Sequence record: MN850610.1
DNA: 64,000 nt
Reading direction: 5' to 3' (one strand)
Origin: Escherichia phage Andreotti
The translations under genes and the position numbers were made by a program. The notes below the pieces were generated by a model. That model searched no databases. It was not told where the DNA came from and saw only the letters and a program-made list of their open reading frames with translations. Of the stretch, positions 1 through 9,939 are shown in pieces. The number at the start of each line of letters is the position of its first letter. Positions within the stretch are counted from its first letter, which is position 1.

Positions 1-1851
1 CTCATTAGGCATGTAAGCTTCTAATACAGAGTTTCGGATTCCACCATTTTCTTTGATACGTTGTGCTAAGTCATCCCAATCATATCGTAGTTTTGCATCA
101 TGCTTCTCATCAATCTTCTTGTTGGCTGTCTTTGGAGGAACCCAGCCTTCAGGATACTTAGTGAACTTCATGTACTCTGGAACTCCACGCTCTTTAGCAA
201 GTCTCAGAGAGGCTTCATGTAGATAGTAAGAGTGCATCTCTGCAAGTTCATGAAGCTTCGTTTTACCTGCTCGTGAAGAGTAGTTCACGTAGTTCTTCGC
301 AAGGTAATGAGCCACATTTGTAAGGCCAATCCCAACAGAACGACGCTTCTGAACATGGTTACGCATCGACGGATACGGATAATCCATAAGGTCAATAACG
401 GAGTCAACCATTGCAAGAGCATAATAAGCAACGTCAGCGTATTCATCTTCTGAAATTCTCCCTGCAACCAAACTAGCTAGGAAGCAAAGAGCCACCTCAC
501 CATCCTCTTTCACAGCATCGTCTCTGTAAAGGTCTGTCTCTTTCTCAAAACCATACACTGGCAATACAATTTCCATACAAAGATTTGACATCTTCAATGG
601 TTCTTTAAATGGTGTATGTGTGTTTGCATTGTTGGTGAAGAATGGATACACACGACCTGTAGCATAACGCTGTTGAATAAACAGCTTAGCAATTTCACGA
701 GCCTTGACTCGTCTGTGCTTAACACCTGAATGTACTGCATGACCAACTGCCATAGCAAACTCATCAGCAGATGCTGTGTAGAACATGTCATAGAGTTTTG
801 GTGCATCTTTGTAAGAGAATAGCAACCAATCTGTATCATACTGAACACACTGCCAAAAATAATCGTTTGTGCCGAATGAATAGTCCATCTCATTAATACG
901 TTTAGAAGGAACCGTTGTAGGGTGCTTCAAACGCAGTAAATCTTCAATCTGCGGGTCTAGAGCAGTGTAGAAGTTATTAGCTGAACCGCCACGACTCTTC
1001 TGTTTGTTTGCCTCTACAGATGAACGTACAAGCTTGTAATAAGGTAGTTTACCCATGTGCTCAATCGTATTTTGACGGATACCATCACCAATAGTACGTG
1101 TCTCCATCAGCATACCAATACCAGCTTGCTTTGTGGTCATATCATAAGCAACCTTTGCAGCAATACCAAGAGACTCAGCAGTATCATTTGCCTTAATCAA
1201 ACAGCATGACGCATAACCTGATTTAGTTGCTCTTAACCCGTTTAAATAGGGCGTAGGAGCGTTAATCTTCAGGTCAGATAGGTAAGTGTACAGCTTGATA
1301 ACATCTTGCAGTCTACGGTGCTTTGGTTGCTTCTCAAAGGCTTTCATAGCCATACCCATGAACATAAATTGTGGTGACTCAAAAAGTCTTCCCGTTTTAA
1401 TATCACGGATACCATACTTGTCTCTGAACTGTTTCAAGACTGCATAACCGTAAGAGATATCTTTTGAGTGTACGATGTAACCTTGCAGGTATTCAAGCTC
1501 TTCCTGTGAATAGTCCATCTTCTCCCAAAGTCCCGCCCTCTCCATGTTTTTAACGAAGGTAACCAGCGTAGGAACCTTAGTAAAACCTCCAAAGGCTTCT
1601 TTGTAGATAATTCCTAGAAGTAGCCGTCCAGCCATATCTGAGTACTCTTGAGTTTGTTTATCAACACAAACATCAATCATGGCTTGGTGCATCTCTTTTG
1701 TAGTGCAACCTTCATAGACACGTTTCATGGCTTCCATAGTGACTTCTGACCAGATAATACCACGCTTATCTGCCCATGATGCCCACTTATTCAGTCTTTC
1801 TGGGTCAAAGTTTACTACTGTACCGTTTGATTTTTTAATTGTCTTAATCAT
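1..1851 (-). CDS. nrdA: ribonucleotide reductase class I large subunit (NrdA-like), partial; C-terminal part lies beyond window start
   Basis: ATG at 1851 (revcomp), open in frame to window edge; manual translation MIKTIKKSNG... contains SNLCMEIVLP, resembling the class I RNR active-site loop; hairpin just upstream. Confidence 0.8.
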   Translation of the reverse strand, partial: MIKTIKKSNGTVVNFDPERLNKWASWADKRGIIWSEVTMEAMKRVYEGCTTKEMHQAMIDVCVDKQTQEYSDMAGRLLLGIIYKEAFGGFTKVPTLVTFVKNMERAGLWEKMDYSQEELEYLQGYIVHSKDISYGYAVLKQFRDKYGIRDIKTGRLFESPQFMFMGMAMKAFEKQPKHRRLQDVIKLYTYLSDLKINAPTPYLNGLRATKSGYASCCLIKANDTAESLGIAAKVAYDMTTKQAGIGMLMETRTIGDGIRQNTIEHMGKLPYYKLVRSSVEANKQKSRGGSANNFYTALDPQIEDLLRLKHPTTVPSKRINEMDYSFGTNDYFWQCVQYDTDWLLFSYKDAPKLYDMFYTASADEFAMAVGHAVHSGVKHRRVKAREIAKLFIQQRYATGRVYPFFTNNANTHTPFKEPLKMSNLCMEIVLPVYGFEKETDLYRDDAVKEDGEVALCFLASLVAGRISEDEYADVAYYALAMVDSVIDLMDYPYPSMRNHVQKRRSVGIGLTNVAHYLAKNYVNYSSRAGKTKLHELAEMHSYYLHEASLRLAKERGVPEYMKFTKYPEGWVPPKTANKKIDEKHDAKLRYDWDDLAQRIKENGGIRNSVLEAYMPNE

Positions 1852-1874
1852 TTTTTGAATCCTACAGATGAAAA

Positions 1875-1892
1875 GAGCCTCCGAAGAGGCTC
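1875..1892 (-). terminator. hairpin GAGCCTC-CGAA-GAGGCTC between 111-aa ORF and nrdA; possible minus-strand terminator or attenuator
   Basis: perfect 7-bp stem, A-run on plus side before the stem (U-run after it on minus transcript). Confidence 0.35.
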
Positions 1893-1898
1893 CCTAGT

Positions 1899-2234
1899 TT
1901 AAATCTTGAAAATTTGCTCATTCTGCCACATATCGTAAAACTTATCACTTACCTTTGTGACTGAAGAAGTGTGCATACAGTTCAGGAACCACGATGGTGT
2001 ATTACCATTCATAATTGCTTCAAGCTCTTGTGCAGTGCTCTCATCCATGTCTGCAACAACGTAATTACCTCGTATCTTGCAAACAATTCTTCCAAACAAG
2101 ATTGCACTTCTGCCTCTTCGGTCATCACAGTACATAACTGTGTCCCCGTGCTTAACATCTTGTCCGATACTATCAACACCTAATTTAGCACCTGAGATAA
2201 TGTCATCATAAGATAGCTTTTTTGCTTTAGACAC
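1899..2234 (-). CDS. hypothetical protein (111 aa)
   Basis: ORF track; co-directional with neighbours, minimal gaps. Confidence 0.5.
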   Translation of the reverse strand: MSKAKKLSYDDIISGAKLGVDSIGQDVKHGDTVMYCDDRRGRSAILFGRIVCKIRGNYVVADMDESTAQELEAIMNGNTPSWFLNCMHTSSVTKVSDKFYDMWQNEQIFKI

Positions 2235-2559
2235 GGTATTTCTCCAAGTTTCTTTTTAGATACAACCAACCATAGTCAGTCCTTTCTACACCCATAAAGA
2301 GCGGAGCCATCACAACTTTACCGAAAGTATTCCTGTGTTGGCAGATTTCAAAGGAATACTCTTTCTCGATATCAATCCCATATTTGTACAGGACTGCTTT
2401 TAAAACTTGTTCATTATCCAGAAGTGTATCTGGAGTCTCACCATACTTCTCAAGTAACGGGTCATACATAAACACCGTCATAGAAATATTGTAGTTTGAG
2501 AAGTGGCTCTTCTGAGCCACACCTTCTTTATTAATGTTCTGTGAATCCATTATAACCAA
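2227..2559 (-). CDS. hypothetical protein (110 aa)
   Basis: ORF track; short overlaps with flanking ORFs typical of phage operons. Confidence 0.5.
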   Translation of the reverse strand: MVIMDSQNINKEGVAQKSHFSNYNISMTVFMYDPLLEKYGETPDTLLDNEQVLKAVLYKYGIDIEKEYSFEICQHRNTFGKVVMAPLFMGVERTDYGWLYLKRNLEKYRV

Positions 2560-3286
2560 CCCCTTTTAACCAGCACTTCAGGTTATTAGCATCATAATTC
2601 AGTTTCGGGTATGAGGTTACATGGAACTGCTCACCATCATAGTAGACAATATCTGCAATCCATAGTCCGTTCTCTTTACAGAAGTCTTTATCTGCTTTAG
2701 AGGTAATTGGATTAACTTCTACAAAACCATCTACACCCAAATCCTTTAAGCTACCTACAATACCTTTGCAGATAACGCATGTCTCAGATACTACCACAAA
2801 AAGTTCTTGGCTTTCAAGCTCTACAATGTATTCACCAAGCTGTACTTTAGGGAGATTTGATTGCTTCATAATCTTCCCATCGTCTGCACGGACAATCGCA
2901 TACCACTCTTTACCATCAACCACTGACATTCGAATAATACACTCTTGACCAGTACGCTTCTCAATATCTGCAAGACGTTTTAAAGCTTCTTCATAGTCAT
3001 CTGTGTACTTCAGGTCATTATTATGGCAAACAGCTTTCATAGCACCGTTATGGTCATGTTGTGACAGGTAAATCAAACCGTCAAGAACATATTGCAAATC
3101 TGCCTGAGCATCCAGTGTCTCAATGGGGTCTTTCTCTTCAATTGCTTTTACAAGCTCTTTTGCTTCTTCAAGCATACACAGAGATTGAGATTTTAAAGAT
3201 TCCCAATACTCATTACTGTAAGGTTGCTTTTGAGTGTTTCCACAACGAAGGTTCCAGTTTTTTACTGATTCTCTTGAGTTAAACAT
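2531..3286 (-). CDS. hypothetical protein (251 aa); N-terminal helical region weakly reminiscent of MazG-type NTP pyrophosphohydrolases
   Basis: ORF track; segment EEAKELVKAIEEKDPIETLDAQADLQYVLDGL resembles the EExxEL...DxL pattern; unverified. Confidence 0.5.
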   Translation of the reverse strand: MFNSRESVKNWNLRCGNTQKQPYSNEYWESLKSQSLCMLEEAKELVKAIEEKDPIETLDAQADLQYVLDGLIYLSQHDHNGAMKAVCHNNDLKYTDDYEEALKRLADIEKRTGQECIIRMSVVDGKEWYAIVRADDGKIMKQSNLPKVQLGEYIVELESQELFVVVSETCVICKGIVGSLKDLGVDGFVEVNPITSKADKDFCKENGLWIADIVYYDGEQFHVTSYPKLNYDANNLKCWLKGVGYNGFTEH

Positions 3287-3510
3287 TCGGACTCCTTAAA
3301 ATATCTGTTAACTTTTAGCTCTCGTGTTTCAATATATTCTAGATGCTCACGTAGCTCTTGACGTTTAAGCATTAGGTGCTGCATTTGTGATTCAACGGCT
3401 TCAACTTCTTTAATTATTGACTCTCTAGCATTTGCAAGAATGCGCTCAAGTTCTTCAATCTTACTGTCAACTTTTGCTACATGACTCACAGCTTTGCTTT
3501 TGTTAAACAT
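3262..3510 (-). CDS. hypothetical coiled-coil protein (82 aa)
   Basis: ORF track; heptad-like charged and hydrophobic pattern. Confidence 0.4.
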   Translation of the reverse strand: MFNKSKAVSHVAKVDSKIEELERILANARESIIKEVEAVESQMQHLMLKRQELREHLEYIETRELKVNRYFKESECLTQENQ

Positions 3511-3531
3511 TTTATTCTCTCTTAATAGTTA

Positions 3532-4032
3532 TCAAGCACAATTTGCTTTCATTACCTTATGGATTCTTTTTTCAGCATCTTCATAAGTTTCTTTAGTAAT
3601 AAACTTAATTGCTGCAATATTGGCATTGTAGAAGAGTCTGAGCTTCGAGTCAATCCTTTTTGTCATTACATCGAACTTATGCTGAAGGTTTGCTTCACCA
3701 TAAACTAGGCCACCTTTTGTGTAGTAGGTTTGGATAATGTAAAAATCAAAAGATTCCTTTCCAAAGCTCTCAATATCTTTTTTAATATACTCAGAAGAAG
3801 TTTCATAAGTCATCCAATCACTCTCCTTAGTGACTACCTTCTTCCGAGTCTTCCCAGCAACTTTTCTTTTGGTCACACTATTAAGCTGCTTCTTACCCAA
3901 ATAGTACTGTCCAGTCTTTTTGCAGTACACTAGGTAGACAAAACCAAAGTGCTTTGCTGGGTCAACTTCACCACATAGTGAAACCCAATGTCCATATTCA
4001 GGGCAATTGCCAAAACCTTTAACTTTAATCAT
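3532..4032 (-). CDS. GIY-YIG-like endonuclease (putative homing endonuclease)
   Basis: N-terminal GFVYLVYCKKTGQYYLGKK resembles the GIY...YIG motif; lies next to an HNH gene. Confidence 0.5.
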   Translation of the reverse strand: MIKVKGFGNCPEYGHWVSLCGEVDPAKHFGFVYLVYCKKTGQYYLGKKQLNSVTKRKVAGKTRKKVVTKESDWMTYETSSEYIKKDIESFGKESFDFYIIQTYYTKGGLVYGEANLQHKFDVMTKRIDSKLRLFYNANIAAIKFITKETYEDAEKRIHKVMKANCA

Positions 4033-4565
4033 TCATGAGCTTCTCCGTGATTTGTAAACTCTCTATGGAGTTCTTCTCTTTTCTTTTTGACAACTGATTC
4101 AGCCTCAGTGATAGAGTCAAATAAACCTAGATGGTAGCATACTTTATTATGCTTGACTTGTGCAGCCCACCTACCCCTTTGCTTGTGGTAATATACACCC
4201 TTCACACCAGACTTATTATCTTTTCTTTTGACTGCATTGCAGTTGTTGTCTGACCTGCTACACTCTCTCAAATTGTCGAACCAGTTGTCGTGCCTGATAC
4301 CATTCTTGTGGTCAACAAATTTTGGGAGGTATCCTTTCATATACAAGAATGCCAGTCTGTGTGCTGCATATCTTTTTCCGAAGAGTTTTATATAAATATA
4401 ACCACTATGATGTTTAAGACCTGCTACTGAGCCAGCTTTGGCCTTACCTTTTCTACCAACTAACCAAGTAAAGACCCCTGTTTCGGGGTCATAGTGCAGG
4501 TATTCTTTAAGAGTTTGTTGAGTTAACATTTGGTGTCCACCCATACTTATCAAAAGTGAAATCAT
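4029..4565 (-). CDS. HNH endonuclease with AP2-like C-terminal domain (putative homing endonuclease); true start may be internal (about 4529)
   Basis: YDPETGVFTW N-terminal motif; HNH-type region HRLAFLYMKGYLPKFVDHKNGIRHDNWFDNLRE; paralog of 14118-14633; 5' end overlaps the 3' end of the FEN gene. Confidence 0.75.
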   Translation of the reverse strand: MISLLISMGGHQMLTQQTLKEYLHYDPETGVFTWLVGRKGKAKAGSVAGLKHHSGYIYIKLFGKRYAAHRLAFLYMKGYLPKFVDHKNGIRHDNWFDNLRECSRSDNNCNAVKRKDNKSGVKGVYYHKQRGRWAAQVKHNKVCYHLGLFDSITEAESVVKKKREELHREFTNHGEAHE

Positions 4566-5553
4566 CTTTCTTGTTTCTTTCCTGATAAGCTAAGAAAAAG
4601 TGTTGCTGCATTAGCTCTAAGGGTGTTCTGGTAATTGTTTGACCATCCCACGAGACATAAGTGTATGACTCTTTCTTAGCATAAAGCTCATAAATTGCAT
4701 CAAGACACTCTTTGTAAGTGGTTTTACCTTCAAGGGCTTTCATTATAGTAACCTTACCAACACCCTTTAAACCAAAATAGTTATCCGCATTATCACCAGC
4801 CACAGCTTGGTAACAAAGAAATTTAAAACCTACCCCAACTGTCTTCTTAGCTTTTGGTGTCGATTTTATTGGGCAATCCCAAATTTCACCAACGTTGTTA
4901 TCAGCAATGAAAATCAAAGGTGACTTTTCATAGGTCATATCAATGCAGTAAGTCCCTTCAGCTTGGCGAAGGTCTTTATCAATACTCATTAAGGCAGCCT
5001 TTTTTCCCATCTTTTCAGCTTTAGCAATAACGATAGAGTCTGCTTCAAATCCATCAAGAATTAGTTTGAACTCTGGTCTTGACAGAAGATACTCACGACA
5101 AGCGACTAAGTGTGTTGGTGTGACAGCATCTTTACGGTTACCTTGATATTGGTGTTCAAGACCTTTAATGTCTTTATGTTTATGCACACCTTTCTCTGTT
5201 AAATAACCTACCCAAGTTCTTTCTTTACCCACAATCTTAAGCCATTCCTGAAGAACCTGTTGAGTAGCCATGATAGCTTCTTTTTCACTCTTAGCTTCTT
5301 TCCAAGTCTGTCTTTCCCATTCATCTTCATCAAATGTCAGGCCAAGTTCTTCCACAAGGATTCTCTGGTCTGCTAACCATCTTGCAGCGTCTTTCGCATT
5401 ATCAAATGGTTCAGATTCCTCTGCTGTGAGTTTATTGACATATTTATATTTTGCTTTCTCAACTACACAAGCACCTTTATAGGCAATACTGTCAGAGTCG
5501 ATAAAAACATGTGTAACTGAATCGGGAAGTTTTGGTAATGTGTACTTCTCCAT
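4507..5553 (-). CDS. 5'-3' exonuclease / flap endonuclease (FEN, T5 D15- or T7 gp6-like)
   Basis: motifs FIDSDSIAY, DGFEADSIVIA and GDNADNYFGLKGVGKVT match FEN-family acidic clusters and helix-hairpin-helix; RBS GGAGAG 5 nt upstream of ATG. Confidence 0.8.
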   Translation of the reverse strand: MEKYTLPKLPDSVTHVFIDSDSIAYKGACVVEKAKYKYVNKLTAEESEPFDNAKDAARWLADQRILVEELGLTFDEDEWERQTWKEAKSEKEAIMATQQVLQEWLKIVGKERTWVGYLTEKGVHKHKDIKGLEHQYQGNRKDAVTPTHLVACREYLLSRPEFKLILDGFEADSIVIAKAEKMGKKAALMSIDKDLRQAEGTYCIDMTYEKSPLIFIADNNVGEIWDCPIKSTPKAKKTVGVGFKFLCYQAVAGDNADNYFGLKGVGKVTIMKALEGKTTYKECLDAIYELYAKKESYTYVSWDGQTITRTPLELMQQHFFLAYQERNKKDDFTFDKYGWTPNVNSTNS

Positions 5554-5570
5554 TATGGCTCTCCATATGA

Positions 5571-5598
5571 AAAAGCCCCATACTAAGTACAGGGCTTT
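5571..5598 (-). terminator. candidate rho-independent terminator downstream of 5616-6473
   Basis: imperfect hairpin AGCCCC...GGGGCT with A-run on its plus side (U-run on minus transcript). Confidence 0.4.
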
Positions 5599-5615
5599 AA
5601 AGTAACTTTTAGAGA

Positions 5616-6473
5616 TTAGTCTTCTGTATCGAAGTCTTCATCTTCTTCGTCATCTGGGTCTGGCAAGTCTTCATCATCACCATCATCAGAATCGTTCGAA
5701 GGTTTGTGGTCTTTTGCGTCTTCTTCAGTGATTTCACCGTTATCTTCAACACCATCAAGACCAAGCATAGCCAGTTCATCTTCATCCAGTTCAGGTTCAC
5801 CATTAGCACCGTTACCACCAGTGTAAGGTACAAGAGTATCAATGATAAACTGTTCCTGAATAGGTTTTGTCAGAACATTGTTCTCAAAAGTGTAGAAGTG
5901 AGTAGAGAGAATCACACTACCGAAAGAACCGTTACCAACTGCAATATCTGGATGAATTACATCATAGTTCTTGTCATCTTCATGTTTATCAGATGCTTGA
6001 GCTTTGATTTTCTTCATCGGCTGTTTAACAGCTACACGCTTACCATTTACTTCTTCAATCAGCATTACAGGGAATGACTGTTTAGCTGTCCATACAGCAC
6101 CATCTTTATAAGCTGCTGCACGACTTACTTTCAAGATGTAGTAAGTGTCTGCTTCAAATGGTGGTTTGCAGCCAAACTTCTCTTCGAAGTCATCTGCATC
6201 AACTGCTTCAGTAGTAACTTTATCCCAACCTTCTGGGTTCTTCTTAGACTTAGTAAACTCTTTAAAGAGTTTGTTACCGTCTTCTGCCAGAATTGATACG
6301 CTGTAGTTACAGTCTTTGCCTGGGAATTTCTTATCAATAGACTTACCTTTTCCCGGACGTGGTGAAGTGTTCAGGTAATAAAACCAGACATCTTTCAGCA
6401 GGTAACGCAGAGTTTGACGTTCAGTACCATTGTACTTCTCTACCGGAGCTTTCATTTTAACAACTTTAGACAT
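5616..6473 (-). CDS. putative ssDNA-binding protein with acidic C-terminal tail
   Basis: strongly acidic C-terminus DDGDDEDLPDPDDEEDEDFDTED as in phage SSBs (T7 gp2.5, T4 gp32); sits between primase-helicase and FEN; inferred. Confidence 0.4.
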   Translation of the reverse strand: MSKVVKMKAPVEKYNGTERQTLRYLLKDVWFYYLNTSPRPGKGKSIDKKFPGKDCNYSVSILAEDGNKLFKEFTKSKKNPEGWDKVTTEAVDADDFEEKFGCKPPFEADTYYILKVSRAAAYKDGAVWTAKQSFPVMLIEEVNGKRVAVKQPMKKIKAQASDKHEDDKNYDVIHPDIAVGNGSFGSVILSTHFYTFENNVLTKPIQEQFIIDTLVPYTGGNGANGEPELDEDELAMLGLDGVEDNGEITEEDAKDHKPSNDSDDGDDEDLPDPDDEEDEDFDTED

Positions 6474-6545
6474 TATTTAAACCTCTATCTCAATTTATGA
6501 AGAGTACCAATTCTAGTTTGTTGATACTCTATTGTCAAATACTAA

Positions 6546-6694
6546 TTACTGGAAGTTGTGCTTATCTTTAGAAGCTGCTTTACGTGCAGTTTTTCCAGTT
6601 CTTACACGTTTTTCTTCATAGTATTTTGCTGGTTTTCCAGCAGTGGCTTTTAAGGAATCCCCAAAAACTTTTTCAAATGCTTTAGAGTGTTTCA
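6546..6694 (-). CDS. small basic protein (49 aa), not in ORF track (below length cut-off)
   Basis: manual translation MKHSKAFEKVFGDSLKATAGKPAKYYEEKRVRTGKTARKAASKDKHNFQ; GGAGA about 6 nt upstream of ATG. Confidence 0.3.
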
Positions 6695-6985
6695 TGATAT
6701 TCTCCGATATACTTGATATTCAAACACATTCTCTTTAATTATAAACAGCCAACTAATATTATGCTGAGGCAGCGCAATGATGACTGTAATCATGCTTTGG
6801 TGGAAATCTTCTTTTATCTCAACTTCCCCGTCGCATTTCATAAGGAGCATTCTATAGAACCTATCAATCTTTGTCAAACACTCTTCCTGAAATTTATTTA
6901 AACTTTTTTCTTCAAAGAAGGGTGTGAACCCCTCTCTTTTATAACTATCACTCAGTTTCGAATGGGCAGTCATCTGCATCCTCAC
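6692..6985 (-). CDS. hypothetical protein (97 aa)
   Basis: ORF track; 3' end of primase-helicase gene overlaps its 5' end. Confidence 0.45.
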   Translation of the reverse strand: MRMQMTAHSKLSDSYKREGFTPFFEEKSLNKFQEECLTKIDRFYRMLLMKCDGEVEIKEDFHQSMITVIIALPQHNISWLFIIKENVFEYQVYRRIS

Positions 6986-8933
6986 TTAATACAGGTGGAA
7001 TCGTTGAGCTTTGACGCTGCTCTTCAGTATAGACTTCACCAGTCTCACGGTCAAACACTTCATCCTCATAATGTGGCAAAGAGTCATCATAATGGTCTTC
7101 AGCTTCACCAATACCAAACTGTTGGCGAATATTTTCTGCTGCGCCATCAATGTCAACTCCACAACCAGATGCTTTGATAAGACGCCCTGTATCTGGATTG
7201 TACCAAGTATGACCAGCAATACCAGTTGACTTACCATGACGACGACATTTAGTTAGCTTGATTTTTGTCAAGTTTTTCTTAACAGGGTCTGGGTCAACCT
7301 TGTTACGCATTAACAGAATGTTGTTCATAGAAATCTGGAAATACGCACCAGAACCTTTAATATCCTCTTCAGAGATATCTCCACCTTCAGAGTTAGCCTT
7401 CTGACCACCTGCACTCTTACGAACGTGACAGACGTTCACCTGTGCATACTGGTAGCGTTTGCAACGACGCAATAGCTCAGATAAAACTTCCTCTTCATCC
7501 GTATCTGAACGTGACAGAGCCAACGTAATAGGGTCAAGAATAATAATCTTACAGTCTAAGCTGTTAACAAGATAGTCAACAAACTCCAGCAAGTTATCTT
7601 GGTCAATTGCCCCTTGATGGTCAACGATGTGGATACGACGACCTTTAGACAGTTCTGCGTGTGCCTTCTTCAATTCATCCCAATCACGTTCGTCATAAGG
7701 AATCTCAGAAATCTGCTTGCTAAGGTGGATTGCACAGAGCATCTCCATCAACTCTTCATAGGTATCTTCTACAGGAATTACACCAATATTGTAATCGGTA
7801 TCTTTCCAAGCAGTATAAATCATTTCACGGGTGTAAGCTGATTTACCTACTGAGGATGGTGCTGCCAGAGTTGTAATCTCACCTAAACCGTAACCACCAT
7901 AAGTCAGTCTGTTCAAATCCCCGAAAGATTCTGGGAAAGGAATCAATGGAATCTGACCACGATTCTTCATTGCCTCAAAACCATCTGCGAAGTTCTTGAT
8001 ACCAGCAGGACAGTAACGAGGTGCATTGTAGATACGCTGCTTAAATCCTTCCAGAACTGTATCTTTCTCTTTATAGAACTTTGTCCACCATTCGTTAAGG
8101 TCTTTTACACCCTCTGGATACTGGAATAAACGAACCTTCTCAATCGGAAGGATACCAGCAGCCTCTTTGGTAGCTTTAGCACCTGCTTCATCATTATCAA
8201 AGCACAAGTAAATCTCATCAAATGATGTGATGTACTGATAGTTGTCTTTGATAGACTTAATGTTTGCACCTGATGGGACAGATACGTGACAGTAATTCTT
8301 ACGACGAGACTTGTCCTTAATCGCAAGAGAAGTCATATAGATTGCTGTCGCACATTCCATCTCACCTTCCCAGATGAATAGGCGGTTACCACCTTCTGGA
8401 GCAATCCATGAACCGAACATTGCAAGTTCACCTTTAATATCTCCAACACCACCAGAAAAGTCTTTTAGCTTACCACGTAGGTGCTCTTTTGGATGGTCTT
8501 CTGGATAACGATGACGTACACGGTAACCGACGTGCTCTAGCTTACCATCTTCATTACGTTTGTAAGTTGGATAGAAATGCGCATCAATTTCACCGTCACT
8601 GTCAATGTCAACCTTGATACCCAAACGCTCAAGAACTTTTGCAGGAATCTTCCTATCCTTTAAGTCCATTGCTTCAAGGTTTTCTTTGACATCTTCTAAA
8701 TCCATTCCACGGAAAGTACGGTTTTTATTGTCTGAACCAGTAGAATAAGTGCTCACGATTTGTCCTTTATCAAAATCCCACTCTGGGAAACCTTTGTTAC
8801 AGCTAAAGCAAGTCATCGAATAAGAATCATCGTCATGATGATAGATTGAACCAGCATCTGATGAACCACAACGTGGACATGCACAATGACCAATAAACTG
8901 ACCAGCCTCTTTCAATTTACGACCTTTAGACAT
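6948..8933 (-). CDS. bifunctional DNA primase/helicase (T7 gp4-like)
   Basis: N-terminal Cys4 zinc ribbon (CPRCGSSD...CFSC), central TOPRIM-like region, C-terminal Walker A GLGEITTLAAPSSVGKS and Walker B IIILDPITLA; start moved to ATG at 8933 with GAAGAGG RBS. Confidence 0.85.
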   Translation of the reverse strand: MSKGRKLKEAGQFIGHCACPRCGSSDAGSIYHHDDDSYSMTCFSCNKGFPEWDFDKGQIVSTYSTGSDNKNRTFRGMDLEDVKENLEAMDLKDRKIPAKVLERLGIKVDIDSDGEIDAHFYPTYKRNEDGKLEHVGYRVRHRYPEDHPKEHLRGKLKDFSGGVGDIKGELAMFGSWIAPEGGNRLFIWEGEMECATAIYMTSLAIKDKSRRKNYCHVSVPSGANIKSIKDNYQYITSFDEIYLCFDNDEAGAKATKEAAGILPIEKVRLFQYPEGVKDLNEWWTKFYKEKDTVLEGFKQRIYNAPRYCPAGIKNFADGFEAMKNRGQIPLIPFPESFGDLNRLTYGGYGLGEITTLAAPSSVGKSAYTREMIYTAWKDTDYNIGVIPVEDTYEELMEMLCAIHLSKQISEIPYDERDWDELKKAHAELSKGRRIHIVDHQGAIDQDNLLEFVDYLVNSLDCKIIILDPITLALSRSDTDEEEVLSELLRRCKRYQYAQVNVCHVRKSAGGQKANSEGGDISEEDIKGSGAYFQISMNNILLMRNKVDPDPVKKNLTKIKLTKCRRHGKSTGIAGHTWYNPDTGRLIKASGCGVDIDGAAENIRQQFGIGEAEDHYDDSLPHYEDEVFDRETGEVYTEEQRQSSTIPPVLSEDADDCPFETE

Positions 8934-9126
8934 TAGCACCTCTTCGTTGTAGTTCTGCTTTTAATCCATTTTCAATCTTATCCAGTTCATGAATTTCATC
9001 TGCAATCTCTTTCCTTCGTGATTCAACTCTCTTAAGACGTTCAATCATTACCTCATTGGAAAGAGATGAGAGTTCCACTAAACGGTGGTCAATAACTTTA
9101 AAATTGTCTTTTACTCTCATCTTCAT
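8926..9126 (-). CDS. hypothetical protein (66 aa)
   Basis: ORF track; charged helical composition. Confidence 0.4.
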   Translation of the reverse strand: MKMRVKDNFKVIDHRLVELSSLSNEVMIERLKRVESRRKEIADEIHELDKIENGLKAELQRRGANV

Positions 9127-9134
9127 TCTCTCTT

Positions 9135-9878
9135 TTAAATCTTCAGGATAGCTCTTAGTTTGCTCTCAAGGTCTTCAAGAGTACCATTATTATGAATAAT
9201 GTCACGCTCATATTTTGTAGAAATGCCATTTTCTGAAACATGTGATGAAACTTTGTCCACATTGTCTCTTTTTACTTCAATAGTTTGGTGTGCAAATCTA
9301 CTCAGCCACTCAGCTTCAGAGTCAAATCTTAAATCACTGATTAAAACAACACCTTCTTGATTTCTAAGTGAGCAAACATCAAAGAAATTTACCATTCGTT
9401 TTTCGAGGTCTTTAGACCAGAACTTGTCACCCATAACTTTACGGATAACTTCAGTGCCCCAAATCTGTTGAATTTGTCTTGATGAGAATTTATACTTTTT
9501 ACTAAATCCCAGACGTGTTAATAGAGTCGGTTTAGCAACCTTCTTAAGCTCCATGATTAATCGTCCGGTTAACTCTGACATAAGCTTAAAATCCATATGG
9601 TAACGTTCGCCTTTGAAGGTGAACTCCATAGCTTCAGTAACTTTGAACATTAGCTCAGGATATGATAAGTCAAATACCTGTGGAGTCTCTTTAGTTTCAC
9701 CATACAGGTCATTCCAAGTCAGGTCAAATATCTTTGATGCAGATAGCTTAAGGTTGTCTGCATAAGCCATTACAGCAACATTATAGCCATATTCATCCTC
9801 TAAGATGTTCTTCACAATAGAACATGAGGTGTCTTTTCCAGAACGTGCCTTTCCAGTAAATGCGATAATATTACTCAT
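9135..9878 (-). CDS. deoxynucleoside monophosphate kinase (T4 gp1-like)
   Basis: N-terminal P-loop IAFTGKARSGKDT similar to T4 dNMP kinase FLSGVKRSGKDT; about 240 aa. Confidence 0.7.
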   Translation of the reverse strand: MSNIIAFTGKARSGKDTSCSIVKNILEDEYGYNVAVMAYADNLKLSASKIFDLTWNDLYGETKETPQVFDLSYPELMFKVTEAMEFTFKGERYHMDFKLMSELTGRLIMELKKVAKPTLLTRLGFSKKYKFSSRQIQQIWGTEVIRKVMGDKFWSKDLEKRMVNFFDVCSLRNQEGVVLISDLRFDSEAEWLSRFAHQTIEVKRDNVDKVSSHVSENGISTKYERDIIHNNGTLEDLESKLRAILKI

Positions 9879-9901
9879 TTTATCTCCCTTAATTACTAAA
9901 A

Positions 9902-9922
9902 AGCCCCCAACTAAGGAGGCTT
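9902..9922 (-). terminator. candidate terminator hairpin downstream of 9940-10740
   Basis: AGCCCCC...GGAGGCT stem with A-run on plus side. Confidence 0.35.
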
Positions 9923-9939
9923 GTAAGATTTATAAAGAC

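Noticed and set aside
5706-6077. 123-aa plus-strand ORF
   Set aside because: Antisense within the SSB-like gene; hydrophobic low-complexity translation, no RBS.
8934-8939. Track start of primase-helicase at 8939 (MLMSK...)
   Set aside because: The codon at 8937-8939 is GTG with no RBS; the ATG at 8933 has a GAAGAGG RBS 5 nt upstream.
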